Source of the DNA: Candidatus Omnitrophota bacterium
GTDB lineage: Bacteria > Omnitrophota > Gorgyraeia > 2-01-FULL-45-10
Assembly: GCA_020057115.1 (NCBI GenBank)
Contig: JAGVGJ010000002.1
Span: 857 to 64,856, forward strand
Direction of reading: 5' to 3'
DNA length: 64,000 nucleotides
In this document: positions 47,035 to 58,592 of the stretch, piece after piece
How the letters are laid out: each line of letters starts with the position of its first letter
Numbering within the stretch: the first letter of the stretch is position 1
Translations under genes and position numbers: made by a program
Notes under the pieces: model-generated
What the model was told of the DNA's origin: nothing
Database searches by the model: none
The model's input: the letters and a program-made list of their open reading frames with translations, nothing else

Positions 47035-49233
47035 ATGGTTGATGAAAGATCGGACATAGGGGCTATATTGGCGAAAGTAAAGACCGAGGAACCCAACCGC
47101 GGTAAATTGAAGATCTTCTTTGGCGCCATGGCCGGGGTCGGCAAGACCTACACCATGCTCGAGGCAGCCAGGGCCCAGAAGAAAGAGGGCGTCGACGTCG
47201 TTGCCGGATACGTTGAAACCCATAAACGCGCTGAAACAGATGCCCTCTTGGAAGGCCTTGAGATACTACCTAGAAAAAATATCGTATATAAAGGCGTGGA
47301 TATCAGCGAATTCGATATAGATCTCGCTTTAAAGAGACATCCCGCCATAATATTGGTAGACGAGCTGGCCCATTCGAATGCCCCTGACTCCCGTAATTTA
47401 AAACGCTGGCAAGATGTCGAAGAACTGCTCGAGGCGGGCATCGACGTCTACACCACTTTAAATGTCCAGCATTGTGAAAGCATAAACGACGTAGTGGCGC
47501 AGATCACCGGCATAACGGTTCGCGAAACTGTCCCCGATACGTTCATAGAAAAGGCTGACGACATAGAGTTGGTAGACCTTCCGCCCGAAGACCTTTTAAA
47601 GCGTCTTAAGGAAGGCAGGGTGTACCTGGGAGATCAGGCTGAGCGCGCTATCCAAAATTTCTTCCAGATAGGCAATCTCATCGCATTAAGGCAGCTGGCG
47701 CTGCAATATACTTCGCGCCTTGTGGACGCCAATATGCGTACCTATAAACAGACCTATTCGGTATCGAAGGTCTGGAACGTGCGTGACCGATTCCTGGTAA
47801 GCATCAGCCCGTCGCCGCACGCCATAAACCTGATAAGAGCGGGAAAGCGTATAGCGTCGGGCCTGGGCGTAGAATGGATCGTGGTAAACGTAGAAACTCC
47901 TTCCTACACATACAACAAAAAGGATAGGGCTCGGGTAGCCGAGATGATGCGCTTTGCAGAAGAGCTTGGGGCCGAGACCATTACTTTGACCGGCCAGGAT
48001 GTCGCGGAGAGCTTGGTCTCTTATGCACGTTCGCGGAACATCACAAAGATCATAGCAGGGAAGCCCGGGAAACCCCGATGGCATGAGCTGCTATTCGGCT
48101 CAACCGTCAATGGGCTTGCCCGCAAATGTGGCGAAATAGACCTGTACCTTATAAGCGGAGAAGCGCACGGAGATCCTGTAAAATTCGAGCTGCGTCTGTC
48201 AAAACCATTTCCGTGGAAAAGCCTGTTATCGACCGTCATAACGGTCGCGCTCTGCAGCATAATCGGAAGGATATTATCCCGTTACCTGGGCCCGGAAAAC
48301 GTGGTCATGATGTATCTGCTGGGAGTGGTGTGGATCGCTTATAGATATGGCCTCAGGGCATCTGTCATAGCCTCATTCCTCAGCGTCCTCGCCTTCGATT
48401 ATTTTTTTGTGCTGCCTTATTTTACTTTTGTGGTAGCGGATGTCAAAAAAGACCTGGTCACATTTGTGGTCATGTTGATCGTAGGCATCACGATAAGCGT
48501 TCTAACGGGACGGCTCAGGCAGCAGGCCATCTCCATGCGACTGCGCGAAAGCAGGACACAGGCCCTTTACCAGTTAAGCAGGGACCTTGCCAAAAGCTCC
48601 GATCCAAAAGAACTATTCCAGGTAGCGGCCATGCATATACAGAAATTTTTTAAATGCCGGAGCGCTATATTTTCACCCGACAAAAAAGGAAAGATAGAGA
48701 TATTTTTTGATAACTCAAAGGGCACGGCACTCATGGAAAATGAACAGGCTGTAGCCCAATGGGTGTACGAGCACAAGAAGATGGCTGGCAAAGATACGGA
48801 CACGCTGCCGGGGTCTAGAGGCCTCTATCTGCCACTTGCGGGGTCAGAAAAGACCGTGGGCGTTATCGGCATATTCCCGCATGAAGATAAACAGTTTACG
48901 GATCCTGAGCATTTGCACATGCTCGAGATGTTCGTAAATCAGACTGCATTGGCGGTAGAGGGAGCCCAGCTTGCCGCCGCGACCGTAAAGGCAGAGACCG
49001 AGGTCGAGAACGAGCGCCTTCGGAACATGCTATTAAGCACATTTTCTTTCGACATTCCGGCCCCGTTAACAGCTATCTCTGAGGCAGCCGCAAGCCTGTT
49101 AATACCGGAAAACGCGCATGACCCGGCAAAACGCGATAAACTGATACGGAAGATACGGGCTGAAGCAGAACGCTTAAATGGCCTGGCCGCAGAAATGACC
49201 AAGATCATCACTTCGAAAGAAGACCTTGGCTGA
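47035..49233 (+). CDS. kdpD: KdpD-like sensor lacking a functional histidine kinase. Domains: KdpD-N, USP, 4TM, GAF, and a degenerate H-box with no HATPase_c.
   Basis: N-terminal Walker A GAMAGVGKTYTM. The H-box reads STFSFDIPAPLTAI where SHDLRTPL is expected. The protein ends about 90 aa later. No kdpE follows. Confidence 0.7.
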   Translation: MVDERSDIGAILAKVKTEEPNRGKLKIFFGAMAGVGKTYTMLEAARAQKKEGVDVVAGYVETHKRAETDALLEGLEILPRKNIVYKGVDISEFDIDLALKRHPAIILVDELAHSNAPDSRNLKRWQDVEELLEAGIDVYTTLNVQHCESINDVVAQITGITVRETVPDTFIEKADDIELVDLPPEDLLKRLKEGRVYLGDQAERAIQNFFQIGNLIALRQLALQYTSRLVDANMRTYKQTYSVSKVWNVRDRFLVSISPSPHAINLIRAGKRIASGLGVEWIVVNVETPSYTYNKKDRARVAEMMRFAEELGAETITLTGQDVAESLVSYARSRNITKIIAGKPGKPRWHELLFGSTVNGLARKCGEIDLYLISGEAHGDPVKFELRLSKPFPWKSLLSTVITVALCSIIGRILSRYLGPENVVMMYLLGVVWIAYRYGLRASVIASFLSVLAFDYFFVLPYFTFVVADVKKDLVTFVVMLIVGITISVLTGRLRQQAISMRLRESRTQALYQLSRDLAKSSDPKELFQVAAMHIQKFFKCRSAIFSPDKKGKIEIFFDNSKGTALMENEQAVAQWVYEHKKMAGKDTDTLPGSRGLYLPLAGSEKTVGVIGIFPHEDKQFTDPEHLHMLEMFVNQTALAVEGAQLAAATVKAETEVENERLRNMLLSTFSFDIPAPLTAISEAAASLLIPENAHDPAKRDKLIRKIRAEAERLNGLAAEMTKIITSKEDLG

Positions 49234-49266
49234 CATTCATTCAATAAATATGCCAAAAAAGATAGG

Positions 49267-49294
49267 TTGACAAATAATATTACCCTAATATAAT
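49267..49294 (+). promoter_or_regulatory. Sigma70-type promoter (TTGACA-N16-TATAAT) for the atp operon.
   Basis: Read from the sequence. Confidence 0.5.
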
Positions 49295-49308
49295 ATTAAT
49301 TAACACCA

Positions 49309-49584
49309 ATGGCGATGTCTTCTGGCGACGAATGCTGGAGGGCATTTTTTATGCAAAAAAAGAAGGTCTACAAGTGGATCAAGATCGGTGGGCTATTATC
49401 ATTCCTGCCGTTCGTAATGGCTGCCGGACCTCTCGGGGGATACCTGATGGGCGAGCTCCTGCAGAAAAAGCTGGGACTTCCTCCGATAACGATGGCGATA
49501 TGCATAATACTTGGATTCCTCGGAAGCGCCGTCGAAACTGTTAAAGTGATCAAGATGGCGCTGCGCGCAGAGGAGAAAGACTAG
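49309..49584 (+). CDS. atpZ: AtpZ/AtpI-family small membrane protein encoded upstream of the ATP synthase genes; probable start at the internal Met near 49351.
   Basis: Two TM helices with a GPLGGYLMG motif. Position matches atpZ. Confidence 0.4.
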   Translation: MAMSSGDECWRAFFMQKKKVYKWIKIGGLLSFLPFVMAAGPLGGYLMGELLQKKLGLPPITMAICIILGFLGSAVETVKVIKMALRAEEKD

Positions 49585-49586
49585 AG

Positions 49587-49865
49587 ATGGGCAATCCGAA
49601 ACTTATGTGGTTGAGCGGTTTTCTTATCGGCGCCGGCTGGAGCGCCGTAAATTTCCTTCTCATATTATCCATTCTTAAGATATCTATGCTCGAAAAACCG
49701 AAGACAAAGCTGGGGGCTATACTTCTTTTGAAATTTCCGGTGCTTTATCTCGTCGGATTCCTGATACTGAATTCCGGCATCTTCCCGATATCAAGTATAC
49801 TTGCAGGCCTGACATCAACACTATTACTTGTCGGAGCTATAAAATTATGGCCGAAGCGCACGTAG
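49587..49865 (+). CDS. atpI: ATP synthase protein I-like membrane protein.
   Basis: 92-aa, two-TM protein immediately upstream of atpB. Confidence 0.4.
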   Translation: MGNPKLMWLSGFLIGAGWSAVNFLLILSILKISMLEKPKTKLGAILLLKFPVLYLVGFLILNSGIFPISSILAGLTSTLLLVGAIKLWPKRT

Positions 49866-50599
49866 CGACTAACCCGGAACTGCCCAACCTTGTCACAATA
49901 CTCGAAAAGACATTCGAGGGAACTTCCTTCGCGCATTTCCTGAAGGCGTGGGAGAACATAATATTCTCTCTGATCATCATATTCATGATCACCGTGGTGG
50001 CATATTTTGTTTCCAAAAAGAACTCCATGGTGCCTGGGCGTTTCCAGTGCGCGTGGGAGATGTTCGTGGGCGGAGTGGATGATTTCGTATGCGGCATAAT
50101 GGGGCCGGCGGGAAGACAGTTCGTCCCATTCATCGGAACGCTCTTCATCTACATACTCTTCATGAACCTCTCGGGGCTCATACCGTTATTTAAATCTCCT
50201 ACGTCAAACTGGTCCATAACTCTCGCGCTCGCCCTCTGCGTTTTCGTTTACGTCCAATTCACCGGCTTCAGGAGGCTTGGGTTTTTGGGTTATATCGACC
50301 ACCTGGCTGAAAAGCCAAGAGGGATACTGGCATTCTCGGTCATAATACCGATACTCATGTTCTTCCTGCATGTCATATCGGAGCTTGTTCGGCCCTTGAG
50401 CCTCTCCTTGCGTTTACGAAGCAATATCTGGGGAGATGACACGCTCCTGGCCGTTCTCGCCGGATTCGGGTTGGGCGGGGTGCCGCTCCTTCTTTTTAAT
50501 ACGTTCCTTGTAATAATCGCAGGCATAGTCCAGACGCTGGTATTCTGCCTGTTAACGACAATATACTTCACGCTCATCGTGACAGGTGAAGAGCATTAA
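49847..50599 (+). CDS. atpB: F0 subunit a.
   Basis: Conserved Arg in LSLRLRSNIWGDD of the penultimate helix. Five or six TM helices. Confidence 0.85.
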   Translation: MAEAHVATNPELPNLVTILEKTFEGTSFAHFLKAWENIIFSLIIIFMITVVAYFVSKKNSMVPGRFQCAWEMFVGGVDDFVCGIMGPAGRQFVPFIGTLFIYILFMNLSGLIPLFKSPTSNWSITLALALCVFVYVQFTGFRRLGFLGYIDHLAEKPRGILAFSVIIPILMFFLHVISELVRPLSLSLRLRSNIWGDDTLLAVLAGFGLGGVPLLLFNTFLVIIAGIVQTLVFCLLTTIYFTLIVTGEEH

Positions 50600-50603
50600 C
50601 GTA

Positions 50604-50675
50604 GGGCCCAGGGGCCAGGGTCAAGGGTCCGGTAAAATTTTATTCTGGACCCTGGACCCTTGTCCCTTGACCCTT
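50604..50675. repeat. GC-rich heptad-repeat element forming a long hairpin in the atpB-atpE spacer: forward arm GGGCCCAGGGGCCAGGGTCAAGGGTCC, reverse arm GGACCCTGGACCCTTGTCCCTTGACCCTT.
   Basis: 26/27 identical to 31593-31623. A related GGGTCCAGGGTCC repeat lies at 3386-3400. Confidence 0.6.
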
Positions 50676-50700
50676 ACACATAACTAAAAGGAGGCGTTAG

Positions 50701-50931
50701 ATGGATTACAAAACAGCACTGGCATTCGCTCTGCCGCTTGGGTTGGCGATTGCGGCATTCGGTTCAGCGATAGGCCTTGGCAGGGTAGTTGCGGCGGCGA
50801 TGGACGCCACCGGAAGACAACCGGAAGCGGCAACCAAGATACTCATTAACATGGCGACGGGTTGCGCGTTCATAGAGGCGCTCACGATCTACGCGCTTGT
50901 ATTCGTCTTCGGCTTAGCCGGAAAGATATAA
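50701..50931 (+). CDS. atpE: F0 subunit c.
   Basis: GRQPE loop, two TM helices. 76 aa. Confidence 0.85.
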   Translation: MDYKTALAFALPLGLAIAAFGSAIGLGRVVAAAMDATGRQPEAATKILINMATGCAFIEALTIYALVFVFGLAGKI

Positions 50932-50937
50932 TCTTTC

Positions 50938-51444
50938 ATGGAATTGCTAAAGCTCCTAAGCGCTAATGAGCTGGTAGCCCAGATCGTAAGCTTTCTCATA
51001 TTGCTCTTCATATTGAAGCGCTTTGCGTGGAAGCCTGTCCTCAAAGTCCTTGACGAAAGAAAGAACAAGATCGAATCGGAATTCAAGGAAATTGACGAGA
51101 TAAAGGGCGAAGCCGAGAGGATGAAGTCCGAATATGAGACGAAGCTTAGCGCTATCGAGCGGATCGCGAAAGAAAAGATCGAAGAGGGCGTAAAAGAAGG
51201 CAGGCGCATGGCCGATGTCATAAAGCAAGGGGCCGTAAAAGACGCTGAGCGCATGATCGCAGACGCCAAGGATGTCATCAAGGATGAGACCCAAAAAGCG
51301 CATGATATCCTCAAAGAAGACATAGTGGACCTTACTATAAGCGCGGCAGAAAAAGTAATTGGAGAGAAGGTTACCGATAAGCATGACAGGAAAGCGATAG
51401 AAGAATTCCTGGATATGCTGGAAAAGAAGAAGAATGGATGGTAG
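50938..51444 (+). CDS. atpF: F0 subunit b.
   Basis: N-terminal TM helix followed by a long charged coiled coil. Confidence 0.8.
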   Translation: MELLKLLSANELVAQIVSFLILLFILKRFAWKPVLKVLDERKNKIESEFKEIDEIKGEAERMKSEYETKLSAIERIAKEKIEEGVKEGRRMADVIKQGAVKDAERMIADAKDVIKDETQKAHDILKEDIVDLTISAAEKVIGEKVTDKHDRKAIEEFLDMLEKKKNGW

Positions 51445-51979
51445 CCAGATAGTCAAAAGATATGCCGACGGATTCCTTGAATTCGCCAAAGAGACCATAG
51501 GGTTCAAGGAGGGCTTGGAGGAAATGGGTGCCCTAAGAAGCGTTCTGCGCGATAATCCTGAATTCAAATCGCTCTTAGAGAATCCCGCGATCGGATATTC
51601 CGAAAAATGCGCAACTCTTAACAATGCCCTGGGCAAGAGTTTCTCGCGGGAGACCCTTATACTTCTCATGCTCCTTCTTAAGAAAGACCGCATACATGAA
51701 TTTGATCATATAGCAGAATACGCCAGAGTGAAGTATGCACACGGGGATGAGGTAGAGGCTGTATTAAAAGCAAGCTATCCTCTCGACACGGCAGTCCTTG
51801 AACGGATAAAGCGGATGCTGGAAGAAACTATGGAAAAGAAATTACATATATACATGAACCTGGCCCCTGAACTCCTTGGCGGAGTAAGGGCGGAGATAGG
51901 CCACTTCGTCATCGACGGATCTCTGAAGAGGCGCCTTGTAGACTTGAGGCGCAAGTTGATGGCAGTTAGGATGAACTGA
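51434..51979 (+). CDS. atpH: F1 delta subunit (OSCP).
   Basis: About 180 aa. Position between atpF and atpA. Confidence 0.8.
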   Translation: MDGSQIVKRYADGFLEFAKETIGFKEGLEEMGALRSVLRDNPEFKSLLENPAIGYSEKCATLNNALGKSFSRETLILLMLLLKKDRIHEFDHIAEYARVKYAHGDEVEAVLKASYPLDTAVLERIKRMLEETMEKKLHIYMNLAPELLGGVRAEIGHFVIDGSLKRRLVDLRRKLMAVRMN

Positions 51980-51980
51980 T

Positions 51981-53489
51981 ATGCCGATAAGACCGGAAGA
52001 AGTGACGTCAATAATAAAAAAGGAGCTTGAAAAATACAAGGTCCGCTTGAGGATGGAATCTACCGGCACGGTCCTCCAGGTAGGTGACGGGATCGCGCTG
52101 GTGTACGGCCTGACGGACGTAATGGCCGGAGAGCTTGTCCAGTTCGCTAACGGCACCATGGGCATGGTCTTTAATCTCGAAGAAGATAGTGTCGGCATAG
52201 TCATACTCGGATCCGAAAAGGATATAAGAGAGGGTGACACGGTAAAGAGGACCGACAAGATAACCCAGATGCCCGTCGGGGAGTCTTTATTGGGCCGCGT
52301 AGTAAACGCGCTCGGAAAACCTATCGACGGAAAAGGCGATATAGAGATCCACAGGTACAGGCCGCTTGAGGCGCGCGCGCCGAGCGTAGTCGAGCGCCAA
52401 CCGGTCAAGGAACCGCTCCAGACAGGCATCAAGGCTATCGATTCGATGATACCTATCGGCCGGGGCCAGAGAGAGCTTATCATAGCAGACCGCCAGACCG
52501 GCAAAACGGCGATAGTCCTCGATACGATCATAAATCAGAAAGGCAAAGGCGTTCATTGCATCTATGTCGCCATAGGCCAAAAGATGTCGAACATAGTAGC
52601 CGTATCCCAGACGCTTGAAAAATACGGCGCAATGGAATACACGATCATAGTAAGCGCTTCATCAAGAGCCGCAGCATCGATGCAGTATCTAGCGCCCTAT
52701 GCCGGCACTGCCATAGGAGAGGAGCTGATGCGCTCGGGGAAGCACGCGCTCATAATCTACGACGATCTTTCCAAGCATGCACAGAGCTATCGCCAATTGT
52801 CCCTGCTTTTGAGGCGTCCGCCGGGAAGAGAGGCATATCCAGGCGACATATTCTACCTGCACGCCAGACTCCTTGAACGAGCCGCAAAGCTTAACGACTC
52901 TTTAGGAGGCGGATCGCTTACAGCCATCCCGATAATCGAGACACAGGCAGGCGACATAACGAGCTACATACCCACTAACGTCATCTCCATCACCGACGGG
53001 CAGATATACCTTGAAACGGATCTTTTCTATGCCGGCGTAAGGCCTGCCATAAATGTCGGGTTGTCGGTATCGCGCGTTGGCGGCAATGCCCAGACGAAGG
53101 CCATGAAGCAGGTGGCGGGTCGCCTGAGGCTTGACCTGGCGCAATATCGAGAGCTTGCCGCATTCACACAGTTCGGGTCAGAGCTCGACAAGGCCACGCA
53201 GGCGCAGCTCGCTCGCGGCGAAAGGATGGTCGAGCTGTTAAAGCAGGGGCAATACGAGCCGCTGCCCGTATCGAAGCAGGTAATGATACTATATGCCGGC
53301 ACGAACGGCTTCCTGGACGATATCCCCGTAAATAAAGTGAGGAAATTTGAAATCGCATTCTACGCGTATATCGACAAATACCACCCTGACATAGGCGTTG
53401 AGATAGACATGAAGAAGGAACTGACGGAAGATATAAAGAAAAACCTGAATAACGCAATAACAGAGTTCAAGGTAGAGTTCGCAAAATGA
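51981..53489 (+). CDS. atpA: F1 alpha subunit.
   Basis: GDRQTGKT Walker A. Conserved alpha core. Confidence 0.95.
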   Translation: MPIRPEEVTSIIKKELEKYKVRLRMESTGTVLQVGDGIALVYGLTDVMAGELVQFANGTMGMVFNLEEDSVGIVILGSEKDIREGDTVKRTDKITQMPVGESLLGRVVNALGKPIDGKGDIEIHRYRPLEARAPSVVERQPVKEPLQTGIKAIDSMIPIGRGQRELIIADRQTGKTAIVLDTIINQKGKGVHCIYVAIGQKMSNIVAVSQTLEKYGAMEYTIIVSASSRAAASMQYLAPYAGTAIGEELMRSGKHALIIYDDLSKHAQSYRQLSLLLRRPPGREAYPGDIFYLHARLLERAAKLNDSLGGGSLTAIPIIETQAGDITSYIPTNVISITDGQIYLETDLFYAGVRPAINVGLSVSRVGGNAQTKAMKQVAGRLRLDLAQYRELAAFTQFGSELDKATQAQLARGERMVELLKQGQYEPLPVSKQVMILYAGTNGFLDDIPVNKVRKFEIAFYAYIDKYHPDIGVEIDMKKELTEDIKKNLNNAITEFKVEFAK

Positions 53490-54340
53490 TACAGTCCTTA
53501 AGGACCCTCAGGCTCAGGATACGCTCGATAGAGAACACCAGGAAGATAACTCGCGCCATGGAGATGATATCCTCTTCCAAGTTTAACCGTGCAAAACAGG
53601 CCCTCTTTGCGCATCTTCCTTATTATCTTAAGCTCGACGGGATGGTGACCCACATGCTTGAAAGCGTAGACATGCCACCTCATCCATTCTTAGAGAAAGG
53701 GCCTGCCGAAAAACCGGCGGCGCTTGTACTTGTCACCTCCGACACAGGGCTTTGCAGCACCTACAACCATTCCGCAATACGCCAGGCTGAAAATTTTATA
53801 GCAAAACGCGGGAAAGAGAAGACCATGCTCTTAGCGATAGGCCGCGAGGGGTTCAATTATTTCAAACGCCAGAATATCGACATTAAAGATGCCTACATCG
53901 ACCACCATGGCCGCCTTACTAAGGAATTATCCGAAAAGATAACATCCAACCTGACGGGCATGTTCCTTGAAAAAAAAGTGAGCGAGGTATATATGGCGTA
54001 CACGCACTTCGGGGGCGTCTTGCGCCATAAGCCGGTGCTTGAAAAGATACTTGACATCGAATCACCCGGCGAGCCGGTAATAGAGTATCTTGCCGAGCCT
54101 GATATACAGGCGATATTCGACAAGATATTGCCTAAATATATAGCGGAGAAGATAAGACACATACTCATGGATGCATTCACGTCTGAACATGCCTCGCGCA
54201 TGGTGGCCATGAAGAGCGCGAAAGATAATGCTACGGAACTCATAGACACATTGACACTCTTAAAAAATAAAGCCCGGCAGGCGGCTATCACGAAAGAGAT
54301 ACTCGAGATATCGATGTCGGCGGAAGCTTTGAAAGGATAA
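53486..54340 (+). CDS. atpG: F1 gamma subunit.
   Basis: 284 aa. N-terminal and C-terminal coiled-coil helices. Confidence 0.9.
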   Translation: MIQSLRTLRLRIRSIENTRKITRAMEMISSSKFNRAKQALFAHLPYYLKLDGMVTHMLESVDMPPHPFLEKGPAEKPAALVLVTSDTGLCSTYNHSAIRQAENFIAKRGKEKTMLLAIGREGFNYFKRQNIDIKDAYIDHHGRLTKELSEKITSNLTGMFLEKKVSEVYMAYTHFGGVLRHKPVLEKILDIESPGEPVIEYLAEPDIQAIFDKILPKYIAEKIRHILMDAFTSEHASRMVAMKSAKDNATELIDTLTLLKNKARQAAITKEILEISMSAEALKG

Positions 54341-56027
<1,687 letters not shown>

Positions 56028-56031
<4 letters not shown>

Positions 56032-56468
56032 AATATACTAAAGGCTCTATAGGAAGGATATTCCTCTTAAAGTTCGAGGATGACGATATCCTTCTGAAGG
56101 AAATAGAGAGACTGGCGCGGAAAGAGCGCATAAGGGCGGCATCATTCGTATTTATAGGAGCCCTGAAAAAAGGCGACATAGTCACCGGACCGAAGGTGCC
56201 GGTCATCCCGCCGGATCCTAATTGGAAGAGCTTTAAGGACGGCTGGGAGGCCATGGGGATCGGCACGATATTTACGAATAAATCCGGCCCGCAGATACAC
56301 ATCCATACTTCGATGGGAAAAAAGGATGATGTCATCACCGGCTGCGTCAGGAAAGACTCAAAAGTCTTCCTGGTCATAGAGGCTATCGTATTTGAACTGA
56401 AGGGCGTCAAAGCATCGAAAGACATCGACCCAAGGACAGGCTTGAATCTGTTGAAGATCGGGGCCTAG
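56028..56468 (+). CDS. PPC/DUF296 domain protein.
   Basis: About 140 aa with IGRIFLLKFEDDDIL... pattern. The family name is from memory. Confidence 0.45.
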
Positions 56469-57734
56469 ATGGAGCTCCTTGTTTGCGATAGCAAGAATCG
56501 CATATACCCAATAAAACATCTTGAGCCGGCCGGTATGGAAGCCGGCCATTTTTTTCGGCTAGATACAAAAGACCTCATCAAATTACCCCGCGGAAGCCAG
56601 CTATTCACCCTTCCTGATAGGCGACCTGTAGGGTATGATCCTTCAAGCAAAAGCTTTGTCGCGCCTGAAGAAAAACTTTTTGCCGTAGGAGCATTCGTCT
56701 CGCCCGGCCACACGACAACGCATTCAGCTGCTTATATGGAACTGGACAAGCCGAAGCTATTGCCGCTATTCTCGTACGCAGCCGTTGCCATACATAAAGG
56801 CAAATATTATACAGCCGCTATAAAGGTAGACGACGATACCCGCCATGACTGCACCTTGATAGATATAGCTAAGGTTAAAATTGGCGTAAAGGCCCTTCGC
56901 AAGAAATTCCCGAAGAACAGGCTTGTCCGCCACCTTGAAGATTGCGCTCTTAAATACGGATGCGCCGGAGCACAGAACTTTTTTTTAGGCAAGCATGAAG
57001 GGCCGCTGCCATCATCACCGTATTGTAATGCGGTCTGTCTCGGATGCATATCTTACCAGCCGCGCAAGCTATGTTCCGAGACCCAGCCTAGGATAAAATT
57101 CATCCCAGAACCTCAGGAGATAGCCGAGATCGCATTATTCCATATGGATAGGGTGAAGGACACCATTGTGAGCTTCGGCCAGGGTTGCGACGGCGAGCCT
57201 CTTATCGTGGGTGATGTGCTGGTGGAAGCGGTAAAGCTGATCCGGGCAAAAAGATCCGATAATATGATCAATGTGAACACCAATGGCTCGAGGCCTGATA
57301 TTGTTTCTCGGCTTTTCGACGCAGGTCTTGATTCCATTCGGGTCAGCATGAACAGCGCAAGGATCGAATACTACTCAAGATATTATAAGCCCATAGGTTA
57401 TGCATTCCACGATGTCCTTGCCTCTATAAAGATAGCAAAGAAGAAGGGCGGGTTCGTTTCGCTGAATTACCTTACAATGCCCGGATTCACTGATACCGAG
57501 CCTGAGCTAGCGGCAGTCTCGAAACTAATAGAGAAATATCACATCGACATGATCCAGTGGCGCAACTTAAACTATGACCCGATGGAATATTTTAAAGAGA
57601 TAGATATCGCAGTCGACCGCTCCGATATCCTTGGCGTACGCAGCATGATGCAGTCCCTGGAAAAACGCTTCCCAAAGCTGATCTTCGGCTATTTCAATCC
57701 AAGTCGTGGAAAAATAAGGGCCGTTGTCGATTAA
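56469..57734 (+). CDS. Radical SAM enzyme with an N-terminal domain of about 190 aa of unknown function.
   Basis: CNAVCLGC CxxxCxxC motif at about residue 195, followed by a TIM-barrel-like radical SAM core. Confidence 0.5.
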   Translation: MELLVCDSKNRIYPIKHLEPAGMEAGHFFRLDTKDLIKLPRGSQLFTLPDRRPVGYDPSSKSFVAPEEKLFAVGAFVSPGHTTTHSAAYMELDKPKLLPLFSYAAVAIHKGKYYTAAIKVDDDTRHDCTLIDIAKVKIGVKALRKKFPKNRLVRHLEDCALKYGCAGAQNFFLGKHEGPLPSSPYCNAVCLGCISYQPRKLCSETQPRIKFIPEPQEIAEIALFHMDRVKDTIVSFGQGCDGEPLIVGDVLVEAVKLIRAKRSDNMINVNTNGSRPDIVSRLFDAGLDSIRVSMNSARIEYYSRYYKPIGYAFHDVLASIKIAKKKGGFVSLNYLTMPGFTDTEPELAAVSKLIEKYHIDMIQWRNLNYDPMEYFKEIDIAVDRSDILGVRSMMQSLEKRFPKLIFGYFNPSRGKIRAVVD

Positions 57735-57962
57735 GTCTCTCACGAGATAAGGAGATGTCTTCCTCAAGCCACTCCACGCCAAGCATCTTCTCCTCATTCG
57801 AATATTCCTTTTATAGAGGCACTGTCCCTCTCGGGGCGGGCCAGTGCCCTTGGCAAGGCGAATATCCTCACTCGTCGTTCACCAACCATGTCTCCCTCTG
57901 GGGTAGACATGGCTACAAGTCAATATCAATAGCCACTCTCGCCTTCGACGAGTGAGATTTTC

Positions 57963-58166
57963 CTCATATTGTAGGCGCGGACCGTTAGGGTGGGTTTGGA
58001 ACGGCCTTGTAAAATTTCGATCCCTTAAGCCGATACAGCAAGGCCGAACAAACCTGTCAATAGTTCTTCCTTATAGTCCGGGTTGGTCGGCCATCGAAAT
58101 TTTACGGAGCGAGCGAGGATGGCTAATCCGAGCGAGCGTCCGCGACAGACCCACCCTAACGGTCCG
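57963..58166. repeat. Palindromic MITE-like or structured-RNA element of about 200 nt with 18-bp perfect terminal inverted repeats (CGGACCGTTAGGGTGGGT ... ACCCACCCTAACGGTCCG) and nested internal inverted repeats.
   Basis: Inner IR GTAAAATTTCGAT / ATCGAAATTTTAC and GGCCGAACAAACC / GGTTGGTCGGCC. A direct repeat CGAGCGAGCG x2 lies in the 3' arm. Additional flanking IRs pair 57872 with 57946. Confidence 0.5.
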
Positions 58167-58286
58167 ACAGCCTCATGGAGAGGAATATTTGAATGAGGAT
58201 CAGGCATCCTTGCAACGAACTATTGACATCATCCCTAAAAAGCGGTATACTTGTTATGAACATATGTTCATAACATAGGAGCCATC

Positions 58287-58592
58287 TTGAGGCCGAAAAA
58301 GACTAGATCCATAAGCTGCATGCCGGGAGAACGGTGCTTTAAGCCGCTCTGCAAACCATTAAATAAAGTAGAGTCGGTATTTCTAACCCTGGACGAATTT
58401 GAAGCATTGAGGCTTGCTGATCTTGAAGAGATGAAGCAGGTAGATGCGGCAAAAATGCTTAATATCTCAAGGCCGACATTCTCGCGCATCGTAGGGTCAG
58501 CGCGTAAAAAGATAGCGGACGGCCTGGTCAACATCAAGGCCATAAGGATCGAGGGCGGCTGCTGCAAGATCTCAAGGAGAGTAAGGCGATGA
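58287..58592 (+). CDS. DUF134/UPF0251 family putative DNA-binding protein, TTG start.
   Basis: N-terminal Cys-rich motif (CMPGERCFKP), LTLDEFEALRLADLEEM..ISRPTFSRI..ARKKIADGLVNIKAIRIEGG. Confidence 0.55.
   Translation: MRPKKTRSISCMPGERCFKPLCKPLNKVESVFLTLDEFEALRLADLEEMKQVDAAKMLNISRPTFSRIVGSARKKIADGLVNIKAIRIEGGCCKISRRVRR

Noticed and set aside
57960-58170. RNase P RNA or SRP RNA in the structured non-coding region.
   Set aside because: An AGTCCGGG 8-mer resembles the 5' strand of RNase P helix P4, and AGGGTGGGT resembles the AGGGTGAAA motif. However, the order is wrong, the P4 3' strand (ACAGAAnCCGGCTTA) is absent, and the region is too short. The SRP domain IV GGAAGCAGC is absent.
57755-58278. 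ORFs of 66 and 108 aa in the six-frame track.
   Set aside because: There is no RBS. The sequence is dominated by inverted repeats. The translations are low-complexity and built from the repeats. The ORFs are probably spurious.
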